NCBI GenBank assembly: GCA_963814995.1
Contig: CAWFFF010000005.1
Location: 320,719-384,718 of the forward strand
Direction: 5' to 3'
DNA length: 64,000 bases
Origin: an uncultured Actinomycetes bacterium
Lineage (GTDB): Bacteria > Actinomycetota > Acidimicrobiia > IMCC26256 > PALSA-610
Numbering within the stretch: the stretch's first letter is position 1; each line of letters starts with the position of its first letter. A model generated the notes under the pieces. The model had not been told where the DNA came from, did no database searches, and saw only the letters and a list, made by a program, of their open reading frames with translations. Position numbers and translations under genes: made by a program. This document shows, in pieces, positions 10,218 through 19,800 of this stretch.

Positions 10218-11272
10218 TTCGCGGTCCTTCCACCGGTACCGGCGCCGGTCTCGACGAAACGGAGGTCGGAGCCGATCCGCCCGGAGCCGAGCAGTTCGCG
10301 CACGTGCGCGATCCGCATGATCGACGCACTGGTGAGTGTCTTCTCGTCGAGACCGATGCGGATGTACTCGTCGTACAGCTGCTGCACACCGAGCGGTACG
10401 GTCCATTGCGGCTTGAACTCAGGGAACGATTCCGCGAGCAACTCGCAGTTCACGCGGTAGTTGCGGGCGTCGGGGCCGGCGTCGGCCGCGAACGTCACCT
10501 CGCAGTCGGGGACGATCGAGCCGACGATCTCGGCCACCTCCCGGACCCGGTAGTTCTCCGACGTCGACCCCACGTTGAACGCCTTGCCGTGCACGCGCTC
10601 GATGTCGGCGCCCAACATCACGACGAAGGCCTGCGCGATGTCGTCGATGTGCACGAGCGGACGCCACGGCATGCCGTCGCTCTTCATGCGCACTTCACCG
10701 ATCGCGACCGCGAACGCGGTCAGGTTGTTGACCACGAGGTCGCCGCGCAGGCGAACCGAGTAGCCGTACGCGGTGGCGTTGCGCAGGAACGTGGGACTGA
10801 AGCCGTCGCTCGCGAGCGCCGAGATGTCGCGCTCGGCGAGCACTTTCGCGCTGCCGTACGGCGTGACGGGAAGGAACTCCGCGGTCTCGTCGATGAAGTC
10901 GTCACCGTGCGCGCCGTAGAGACTGCACGTGGACGACTGCACGAAGCGCTTCACGCCGGCTTCCTTGGCCGCCGCCGCGGCCCGGACCGCGCCGAGGTGG
11001 TTGATGTCGAAGGTGGTGTTGGCGTCGAGGTCGCCGAGCGGATCGTTCGACAACGCCGCGAGGTGCAGGACCGCCTCGAAGCCGTCGAAGTCGGCCGCGG
11101 TGACGTCGCGCACGTCCTTGCGGATCCAGGGCACGTCGACGAGCGTCCCGCCGAAGTCGCAGCCCTCGAACAGGCCGCTGTCGAGGCCGGTGACCTCGTG
11201 GCCGGCGTCGAGCAGCATCGGGACGAGGGTCGCCCCGATGTAGCCGCGGTGACCGGTGACAAGTACGCGCAT
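10214..11272 (-). CDS. NAD-dependent epimerase/dehydratase (extended SDR), likely CDP-sugar modifying
   Basis: [16 protein letters not shown] (GxxGxxG), catalytic YGSAK (YxxxK). The ATG at 11272 lies 2 nt after the rfbF stop. Confidence 0.85.
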   Translation of the reverse strand: MRVLVTGHRGYIGATLVPMLLDAGHEVTGLDSGLFEGCDFGGTLVDVPWIRKDVRDVTAADFDGFEAVLHLAALSNDPLGDLDANTTFDINHLGAVRAAAAAKEAGVKRFVQSSTCSLYGAHGDDFIDETAEFLPVTPYGSAKVLAERDISALASDGFSPTFLRNATAYGYSVRLRGDLVVNNLTAFAVAIGEVRMKSDGMPWRPLVHIDDIAQAFVVMLGADIERVHGKAFNVGSTSENYRVREVAEIVGSIVPDCEVTFAADAGPDARNYRVNCELLAESFPEFKPQWTVPLGVQQLYDEYIRIGLDEKTLTSASIMRIAHVRELLGSGRIGSDLRFVETGAGTGGRTAK

Positions 11273-11274
11273 CG

Positions 11275-12045
11275 TCAGCTCCACACCTTCCAGGGCGCCT
11301 GGCCCGAATCCCACAGCGCCTGCAGGTGCTGCTTGTCGCGCAGGGTGTCCATGCACTGCCAGAACGACTCGTGCCGGTACGCCATCAGCTGCCCGTCCTT
11401 GGCGAGGCGCTCGAGCGGCTCGCGCTCCCACGGGGTCGCGTCGCCGTCGATGTAGTCGAAGATCGCCTGCTCGCACACGAAGAATGCGCCGTTGATCCAG
11501 CCCTCGCCCGTCTGCGGCTTCTCCGAGAATTCCACGATCGCGTCGCCGTCCATCTCCATGTGCCCGAACCGGGCCGGCGGCCGGACTGCCGTCATCGTGC
11601 AGAGCTTGCCGTGGTTGCGGTGGAACTCGATCAGCTTGTTGATGTCGATGTCGGAGACACCGTCGCCCCACGTCAGCATGAAGGTGCCGTCGCCGGAGTA
11701 CGGCTGCAGGCGCTTGATGCGCCCACCGGTCTGGGTGTCGGCGCCGGTCTCGATGAGCTCGACGTTCCAGTCGGGGCGCCGGCCGCCCCGGGCGGTGACG
11801 TTGCCGGCGCCGAGGTCGATCTCGAGGTTACCGATCAACGAGCAGCGGTCGGCGAAGTAGCGCTTGACCTCTTCGCCCTTGTACCCGAGCGCCACGACGA
11901 ATTCGTCGTGGCCGAACGACGCGTAGTGGCTCATGATGTGCCACAGGATCGGGAGTCCGCCGATCTCGACCATCGGCTTCGGCCGGATGACCGTCTCTTC
12001 GGCCAGGCGCGAACCGACGCCGCCCGCGAGGATCATGACCTTCAT
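11275..12045 (-). CDS. rfbF: Glucose-1-phosphate cytidylyltransferase
   Basis: [14 protein letters not shown]...[48 protein letters not shown]. This is highly characteristic of RfbF/DdhA. RBS GGGAGGGAGACGAG lies before the ATG. Confidence 0.93.
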   Translation of the reverse strand: MKVMILAGGVGSRLAEETVIRPKPMVEIGGLPILWHIMSHYASFGHDEFVVALGYKGEEVKRYFADRCSLIGNLEIDLGAGNVTARGGRRPDWNVELIETGADTQTGGRIKRLQPYSGDGTFMLTWGDGVSDIDINKLIEFHRNHGKLCTMTAVRPPARFGHMEMDGDAIVEFSEKPQTGEGWINGAFFVCEQAIFDYIDGDATPWEREPLERLAKDGQLMAYRHESFWQCMDTLRDKQHLQALWDSGQAPWKVWS

Positions 12046-12381
12046 CTCGTCTCCCTCCCGGCGCGCCGCGAGGGCGCCGCGCCGTCGACCCCCCGCGTCA
12101 GTACACGAGCATACTCGTCACTATCCGTGGTTGTCGAGCTGACCATTTGTGACAGATACCCGACTTGATCAGGAGAATTCACCGATTTGTAAAGCATTCG
12201 ACGACGGTACGTGACCACTTTCCGCTGCCTTCCGGAACCACGACGAGTCGTACGAGAGATCATCGGACGAAACGGCTCGTTCTCGACCACTCGGGCGCGA
12301 AATGCACGTCCCAGCATCGCGGACGTTCTGATCGGCCACCGGACGCCCGCGTGTCGAGCTCGCCGCCCGGACGGGTACCAA

Positions 12382-13524
12382 ATGACCGACTGGGGCATCA
12401 CCTACGGTGGGTCCTGCACGGATTGCTTCGGGGCCACCGGTGGAGGGCGCTTCTTGAGGAAGGTCAACTCGTCGGCGTGGCGCCGCGCGGGTGTGGCGCT
12501 GATCGCCGGAGCGGCAGTTTGCGCGCTCACGTTCGGGATCGAACGGTCCGGCAACGACGCGGGCGCCTCGTCCCCGGCCACCGACCGTCTCGGCTTCTAT
12601 CCCGGCTACGCGGGGCTGGCGAGCCTCAAAGGCCTCGAGGGCTGGCTCGGCCACCCCGCGCGCTACGTCGTCCAGTTCGGTGACATTCGCCAAGCGGCGT
12701 TCACGTCGAGCGTCTGGGGCGAGGTCACCAAGACCGGCACGCTGCAGACGATCTCCGGGCGCGTCTCGCTGGCCGAGTCGATCCCCCTCGCGTTCGGCGA
12801 GACCATCGACGCGAACACGGCGGGCGGCCGCGCGACCGCGCGGGCGAACCTGCAGGCGACGGCCAGCGGCGCGCACGACGCCGACTATCGCGTCGCCGCG
12901 TCGTACCTCCGCAACGGTGGCTACCCCGACGCGATCATCCGTCTCGGTTGGGAGTTCGACGGCGAGTGGTACCCGTGGGCAGCCCGCGGCAACGAGGCGC
13001 TGTGGGTCACGGCCTACCGGCACGTCGCCGACATCTTCCGGTCGGTGTCGCCCGGATTCCGGTTCGACTGGAACGGCACGGCGGGGTTCCTCCAGAACGC
13101 AACGGCCGCGTACCCCGGCGACTCGTACGTCGACATCGTCGGCCTCGACGTCTACGACAAGGGATTGGGCACGGCCTGGAACGCGACGACGAAAACGTGG
13201 GCCGACCCGGCCGCGGCGTTCGCGCACATCCAGGCCGACCTCCGCACGCAACGCGACTTCGCCGTCGCCCACGGCAAGCCCGTCAGCTATCCGGAATGGG
13301 CGCTGACCGGAGTCGACGCGAACGTGAAGTCACAGGTCGGAGGCGACGACCCGACGTTCATCCAGGGGATGAGCACATGGATGAACGGCCTCCCGGCGAG
13401 CGGGCCCGGAAGCTTGTCGTACCAGTCATATTTCAACGAGGACACCGAAGACGGGCATCACCGGATCAACGCGAACTACTTCCCGGCGAGCGAGCACCGG
13501 TACAAGACGCTGTTCGGGAGCTGA
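12382..13524 (+). CDS. Secreted glycoside hydrolase, GH26-like (clan GH-A), paralog 1
   Basis: Signal/TM segment AGVALIAGAAVCAL. Clan GH-A style catalytic motifs are IIRLGWEFDGEW (acid/base Glu) and VSYPEWAL (nucleophile Glu). It has a paralog at 37415..39468. The ORF-track start is 12211; the ATG at 12382 is a more plausible start. Confidence 0.75.
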   Translation: MTDWGITYGGSCTDCFGATGGGRFLRKVNSSAWRRAGVALIAGAAVCALTFGIERSGNDAGASSPATDRLGFYPGYAGLASLKGLEGWLGHPARYVVQFGDIRQAAFTSSVWGEVTKTGTLQTISGRVSLAESIPLAFGETIDANTAGGRATARANLQATASGAHDADYRVAASYLRNGGYPDAIIRLGWEFDGEWYPWAARGNEALWVTAYRHVADIFRSVSPGFRFDWNGTAGFLQNATAAYPGDSYVDIVGLDVYDKGLGTAWNATTKTWADPAAAFAHIQADLRTQRDFAVAHGKPVSYPEWALTGVDANVKSQVGGDDPTFIQGMSTWMNGLPASGPGSLSYQSYFNEDTEDGHHRINANYFPASEHRYKTLFGS

Positions 13525-13611
13525 TCCACCCCGGTCGCGCCGCCGGCGCAGGTCACGCCCACCCAGATCGCACTGACGTCGAGCGCGACCTCGTCGGCGT
13601 GGAAGCAGCCC

Positions 13612-14133
13612 GTGGTACTGATGGCGAAGCCGACCGCAACCGGCGTGCCCCCGACGTCACTCGCGGGCAATGTGCTCTTCTTCAACGGGCCGACCTTGCT
13701 GCATACGGTCGCGGTCGAGAACGGGGCCGCCTCGCTCACGACGACCACGCTCACGCCCGGAGCGCATTCGATCCGAGCCCTGTACGTGCCGACCAGAGAC
13801 GCCGCGCCGTCCACGTCGGCGGCGGTGGTCCAGCGGGTCTACCGCGCGCCGACGACAATCACGATGCCGGCGATCGCGGGCACGGCCGGCAATTGGGCCT
13901 CGCTGACGGCAACCGTCACCGCGCCGGACGTCGGAGCACAATCTGGCGTGGTTGTGTTCACGAGCAACGCGAGGCACACCAGTACCCGGGTCACGCTGAA
14001 GGCCGGAGCCGCACGATTCCCGGTATTCGCGCTCGGCGTCGGGGTCCATTCGTTCACGGGCCGGTTCGAGGGCTCGCAGAACTACGCTGGCGCGACCGTG
14101 AACTCGACGGTGACGGTTCTCCCCCGGACGTAG
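13612..14133 (+). CDS. Bacterial Ig-like (Big_3-type) domain repeats; probably the detached C-terminus of the GH26 gene
   Basis: Two Ig-like repeats (...GNVLFFNGPTLLHTVAVENGAASLTTTTLTPGAHSIRALYVP... and ...GVVVFTSNARHTSTRVTLKAGAARFPVFALGVGVHSFTGRFEGS...). It is in the same frame as the GH26 ORF, separated only by the TGA at 13522-13524. The first Ig repeat starts upstream of any start codon (VTPTQIALTSSATSSAWKQPV). Confidence 0.6.
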   Translation: MVLMAKPTATGVPPTSLAGNVLFFNGPTLLHTVAVENGAASLTTTTLTPGAHSIRALYVPTRDAAPSTSAAVVQRVYRAPTTITMPAIAGTAGNWASLTATVTAPDVGAQSGVVVFTSNARHTSTRVTLKAGAARFPVFALGVGVHSFTGRFEGSQNYAGATVNSTVTVLPRT

Positions 14134-14185
14134 CGCCGCCTGCGCCCGTCAAGTGGCCCGCTGGGCTGCCGATCCTCAGTGAGTT

Positions 14186-15380
14186 GTGCGTACTCGAGCC
14201 ATTCTGGTCAGCATCCTGCGTGCCTGCGTCAACGACGACGACAACGCCGTCCGAAAACTGGCGCGCGACGGCCCCGCTCGACGGTCTTGCCGATCTGGCG
14301 TTCGAGCACGGAGTCGCGGGGTCGGTCCACAAGTACGCCGACCTTCTCGGCGGGCTCGATGCCTCCGAACGGCAGTCGCTCGCGGCGGCCGCACTCGGCA
14401 ATCGCATGAACCACGCCCGTATCGGGCGCGACCTGCAGTACCTGGCCGGCGTACTCGCTCCCCTCGCCGTGCCGTGGCTCGTCGTGAAGGGTCCCGCGGC
14501 CGCGGCGACGCTCTATACGCCACCAGAACAACGCACGGCGGGCGACATCGACGCGCTGATCGCGCCGGAACACTTCGCCGCGGCCGTCGAGGCACTCGAG
14601 CGCGCCGGCCATCCCGTGAACGATGCCAACTGGCCGCTCGTGCGCAGCATGACCGCGGGCCAGCTGCACATGGTGCTGCCGCTCGGGACGGTGCTCGACC
14701 TGCACTGGCACCTCCTCTACGAGGCGATCGAACGGCGCCGCTACCCGCTGACGACCGGTGAGCTCATGCCGCGGCGCCGGACCGTGACGATCGCGGACAC
14801 GCAGATCTGCACGCTCGACCGCGCGGACACGGTGATCCACCTCGCGTTCCACGCGGCCAACGAAGGCGCCGACCGGCTGTGCTGGCTGTCCGACATCACG
14901 CGCGCCGCGGCCGCGGTCGAGCCGGCCGAGTGGGACGACGTCGTGTCGCGGGCGACCGCGTGGAGGATGCAGCTTCCGGTGGGAACGGTGTTGCAGCGCG
15001 CGGCACAACAGCTCGGCGCGGCCGTCCCCGCGTCGGTCCCGCGCCGGCTCGCGCCCGCGCCGTGGCGGATGATGATGTCGGGCGCCGACCGGTTGTTCCC
15101 CGTGGCCGCGACGCCCCGGCGGGTCGGGAGTCCGGCGTCGCTGCTGGCGCGCAGCTCCGCGCAGGCCAACACGCCGCGGCGTGCGACCACGACCGCGATC
15201 TCGGGGGTCGCGCGGCGCGCGCTCCACCTCGCGCAGACCGGCGACACCGGTCGCGTCGACCTGACCAATTGCCCGGACTCGCCCGCGAGCTTGCTGTACC
15301 GGGCCGGGGAGCCCGCCGCCGACCGCGATGCGTACTTCGCCGCGATCAGGGACGAAGTCGCGGGCACGACCGCGCACTGA
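14186..15380 (+). pseudogene. Uncharacterised nucleotidyltransferase family protein (PF14907-like), frame shift at the C4 run 14272-14275
   Basis: The body is in the frame of ORF 12948..15380 (LDGLADLAFEHGVAGSV...VVKGPAAAATLY..RTAGDIDALI...LDLHWHL...HLAFHAANEG). The plausible N-terminus VRTRAILVSILRACVNDDDNAVRKLARDG is in the +1 frame, and removing one C joins them as ...RDGPLDGLADL. Alternative in-frame starts are TTG 14184 and GTG 14220. Confidence 0.65.
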
Positions 15381-15389
15381 CGCGACGCG

Positions 15390-15842
15390 CTAGCCCCGCG
15401 CCCTCACTCGGCGCAGCAGGTTCCGCGCGCGCGCCACGACAGGCGGCGAGGGAAGCGGCGCATCCCCACCACGCACGCGCGCGGTGAGCACGGCGCGTGT
15501 CTCCATCGGGCGGTACCCGCCGCCGGGAGGCTCGATGCCGACGACACGCCCGATGAGCAACGCGTCGTCGACGAGCGGGTCGGCGGACACGTTGCCGTCG
15601 CCCCAGAAGCGATTCCGGTCACCGCGCCGGCCGACGAACCGGTGCACCGCGACCGTTTGCGGCGACTCGCAGAACGCCCAGATCTCACCCCATCGCGGCC
15701 GCTCGGAAGCAGATACCCAGACCGCCGATCCTGATACGATCGTCTGGCCCATGGACGAACCGGCGACCTCGATCCGCAGTGGTTCGGATGCGGCACGCAG
15801 CCGGAGCAGCCGTGCGAACGACTCGGAGCTCGTGCTCGACAT
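15390..15842 (-). CDS. S26-family (SipW/archaeal-type) signal-peptidase-like serine peptidase
   Basis: Nucleophile motif AGSSMGQTIVSGSAVWV, then GEIWAF, VHRFVG and WGDGNVSADPLV (the HR...GD.N..D pattern of S26B/S24-like peptidases). Intact ORF. Confidence 0.65.
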   Translation of the reverse strand: MSSTSSESFARLLRLRAASEPLRIEVAGSSMGQTIVSGSAVWVSASERPRWGEIWAFCESPQTVAVHRFVGRRGDRNRFWGDGNVSADPLVDDALLIGRVVGIEPPGGGYRPMETRAVLTARVRGGDAPLPSPPVVARARNLLRRVRARG

Positions 15843-16814
15843 CGCCGGCCTACCTCTCCTGATGCGGGCGGCCGACGCGGCCCATCTCGCCGCCGTGCGC
15901 GCCTCGTTCGGGACCGTGGCCGCATGTGACTCCGCGCCCGAGGCCGAGCTCGACTACGGACCCGGGTCACCTGACGATGCCGGCCCGCGAGCCCGATGCC
16001 CGACAGCCCGACCTCGAGGTGTGGAACGAGGGCGACGTGTTGTTCGCGTCGTCCGACGTGCACGGTGTGCGGGCGCGGGTGACACCGGCTTCGATCGACA
16101 TCGTGTCGACCGGCGCCCCGCACGAGCGATCCCTGCGGCGCATCTTCCAACCGGTGATCACGCACGTGCTCGCGCACCGCGGGGTCTTCGTGATTCACGC
16201 GGCCTCGATGCGCAGGGGCGAGCGCGGGCTGCTCGCGCTCGGCGAGACGGGCAAGGGCAAGTCGACGATCGCGCTTGCCGCGTTCCAGGACGACTGGCGC
16301 GTCATGGGGGATGACCTCGTTGCACTCTGGATCGTCGACGACACCCCGATGATACGCGGGCTGCCGAAGCCGATGGCGCTCCCCAGCGACGTCGCCGCCG
16401 ACGCAATCCCCCGCGCTCCGCGACGCCGAGACTCTCGCATGGGACCACCGACGCCGGCTGCATGTTCCCGTCGAACAACTCGAGCTGCGGGCGGTTCCGC
16501 TCGGCGCGATCGTCGTCGCCGACCACGGCGACGCGCAGCGCTCGACCTCGGAGCCGCTGGCATCGGACCGCACGACATCGTGGCTCATGTCGTCGTACAC
16601 GTCGATCGGCGACGCGCCCCTCATGCGGGAGTTCTTCCCGGTTGCGATCCGCGCCGCGTGCGTCCCCAGCCGCATGCTCTTCCACGGGACCGATCCCGCC
16701 ACCCGTATCGCCGACGCACAGCGGATCCTCGCGGAGGTCGCGACCGAGCTGGTGAACGGTTGCGCCCAGGCACCTGTCAGGGCGCGGGCGACACCGTCAC
16801 GGTGCCGAAGTTGA
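15832..16814 (+). pseudogene. HPr kinase/phosphorylase-like (HprK-related) P-loop kinase, read across three frames
   Basis: Frame 1 reads VLDIAGLPLLMRAADAAHLAAVRASFGTV...ELDYGPG. Frame 2 reads DLEVWNEGDVLF...VFVIHAASMRRGERGLLALGETGKGKSTIALAAF..WRVMGDDLVAL...GLPKPMALP, which includes the P-loop. Frame 3 reads LRDAETLAWDHRRRLHVPVEQLE...SWLMSSYTSIGDAPLMREFF... The shifts lie at about 15960-16005 and at the C5 run 16408-16412. An ATG at 15977 would avoid the first shift but lose the N-terminal domain. Confidence 0.65.
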
Positions 16815-19800
16815 CGTCGGCGCGGTGCGCCGCGAGCACGATCGAACCGCGACTGAGGTCGCCGTTGGCCTGCAGCAGCCACGACGACGGCTCCGTCGTT
16901 CCCGTCCGCCAGACCTTGAACTTGTAGAGACTGCCGCCGATCGCGTTGTCGGTCACGCTGAACTTGAACGTGTACGCGACACCGAGTGTCAGCTTCAGCC
17001 CGCTCGTGTCCTTGATCAGCGTCATCTCCTGATGCGCGTCGGTGTTCTGGTAGATCTCGGCCTTCTGCGTCGCGCCCTGGTCGTTGTCGTACAAGAAGGC
17101 GGCCGGGAAGGGGTGACCGATGCGCGGTTGGTCGGGCATCTGGACTCCGTGGAGATCGGAGGTCGCGCCCTTGAAGCCCGCGATGAGCCCGACCGCGGCG
17201 CCGTCAGGGTCCATGGAGTTGATCGTGACCTGCGCAGTCCCCTGGTACTGCGTCCACGAGCTCGCCTGCCCGATGGTGACGAGACGGTCGTAGCCGATGT
17301 CGCTGTTGCGGATCGTGCCGTCGGCCTGAATCGTCCAGTGCCCGTCAGCGACCTGGGCGATGCTGTTGATGTTGCCACCCGCCGTCGCCCAGTTGGCGGT
17401 GTAGGGCAACGCCCACGGGCCACCGCTGACCTTGTTCACGGTCACGTCGGAAGTCGTCTGGTTGCCGAAGGTGTCGATCGCCTTGAGATGCACCGTGTTG
17501 GCGCCGGATTGGAGCGATGCGTAGTCGAGCTCTACGTTGAATTCGCCGGGCGCGACGAGGCGGACCTGGTTCTCGCCCAACGACAGCGAGTTCGTGGTGC
17601 CGCCGTTCAGCGTGTACGTGAGACTGGCGATGCCGCTCGGGTCGGACACATCGCCGAGCACGTTCACCCACTGCTGCGGTTGCCCGAGGGCGCCGAAGGT
17701 CTCGTTGGACCCGTACCAGAGGTTGACGACGGGCGCGATCGGCGCGGTCGGCCAGGCGACGCCGTCGTCGGTCGCGGGCGGAGCGGTCGAGTTGACGAAG
17801 TAGTCGACCTTCGCCGAGAACGCGGGCGACGAGCCGCCGCCGAAGTTGCCGGCGAACACACCGGCACGCGCGACCGTCAGCGTCTGGGTCAACGCGGCCG
17901 CCGCGGTCCAGCGCATCCCGTCGTACGAGTACCCGAAGGTCCAGCTATTACCGGTACGAGCGACCCGCAGGATGACCGAAGGCTTGTTGTAGATCTCGAA
18001 GTTCGCGACGGTCGTCACTGCTCGCGCCCGACACCGTCTTCACGACGAAGGCGGTCTGGAAGAAGTTCTGCACCAGGCGCGACGTAGAGGTAGTGCGTCG
18101 AGTCCTGCTCGACGACGACACCTTGCTCCTGGAATTGCTGCGACACCGACGAGTCGAACTTGGCGTCGAGGCTCAGGTTGCTGTTCTGGATCGTCTGCAC
18201 GATCCGCGGCGCGCGCGTTGCCGCTCGAAGCCGGATCGTGCGACGAACCCGCGGGGACGTTGATCACCGCATGCTGCCCGTCCATCGACTGCGATCCACC
18301 GCTCGGGTTGACGAAGCTCCACGTGTTGGCGTTCAGCGACCCGGCGCTGAAGTCGTCGTTCGTCAGCGTTGTGGTGGTACCCGAACCACCGTCTTCGGGG
18401 ACGATCGGGCTCGCAGTGTTGAAGAAATAATCGACAGTCGCGGTCCACGCCGGCGGCGGCGAACCCGCGTTCCCCGCATACGGCCCCACCTTCGCGACCG
18501 TCATCGCGAACGAGAACGACCCACCCGTCAACCACGTCACACCATCAAGCGAATACGTGAACAACCACGTCGAACCCGTCCGCTTCACCCGCAACCAGAA
18601 CGGCGCAGGCGCCGACGCCAACGTCGTCGCAACCTTCACCGACGCAGTCGCACCCGACACCGACGCCGCGAACAAGATGACCTGACCGCCACCCGCATTG
18701 AACACATCGAACCGCAACGCAGTCGACGCGTCCTGCTCCACCAGGATCCCCTCATCCTGATACTGCGCCGAACCCATCGACTCGAACTTCGACTCCACCT
18801 CGAAATCCGCATTCGCCGACCGGCTGCACCACCCGCAACGCATGCAACCCCGACGACCAAGAGTCGTGCTCCACCCCACCCGGCACCGACAACACCAACG
18901 CATGACCATTCACCGACACCGAACCGTCGCCGACCGGGTTCTCCACCGACCACAACGACGAATTCAACGACCCCGCATGAAAATCATCCGACACCGGCGA
19001 ACCACCCGACACGCACACGCCGACGTCGTGAACGTCGCATCACCACTCGACGCCGAGTTCGACGACGCATCCGCCGACGTCACCTTGTAGTGATACGTCG
19101 TCGCACACGTCAGCCCCGACACCACCAACGAATGCAACGTCACCAACGACGCCGACGACACATTCGCCCCATAGGCCGCCGTCGACCCCGAATCGACCCG
19201 CGACGACGACACCTCGTCGGTCGCCCACCCAACCGTCGCCGACGTCTGCGACGGCGTCGCCGTCACCCCCGAGATCACCGGCGGCGTCGTGTCCGTCACC
19301 GATCCGTCTTCGGGGACGATCGGGCTCGCAGTGTTGAAGAAATAATCGACAGTCGCGGTCCACGCCGGCGGCGGCGAACCCGCGTTCCCCGCATACGGCC
19401 CCACCTTCGCGACCGTCATCGCGAACGAGAACGACCCACCCGTCAACCACGTCACACCATCAAGCGAATACGTGAACAACCACGTCGAACCCGTCCGCTT
19501 CACCCGCAACCAGAACGGCGCAGGCGCCGACGCCAACGTCGTCGCAACCTTCACCGACGCAGTCGCACCCGACACCGACGCCGCGAACAAGATGACCTGA
19601 CCGCCACCCGCGTTGAACACATCGAACCGCAACGCAGTCGACGCGTCCTGCTCCACCAGGATCCCCTCATCCTGATACTGCGCCGAACCCATCGACTCGA
19701 ACTTCGACTCCACCTCGAAATCCGAATTCGCGACCGGCTGCACCACCCGCAACGCATGCAAACCCGACGCCCAAGAGTCGTGCTCCACCCCACCCGGCAC

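Noticed and set aside
13522-13524. Genome-wide TGA recoding as the explanation for the in-frame stop
   Set aside because: Many well-defined genes here terminate at TGA exactly where homologous proteins end (rfbF at 11275, the ATGA/GTGA-coupled operon junctions, sbcC at 352). TGA is therefore a normal stop in this organism.
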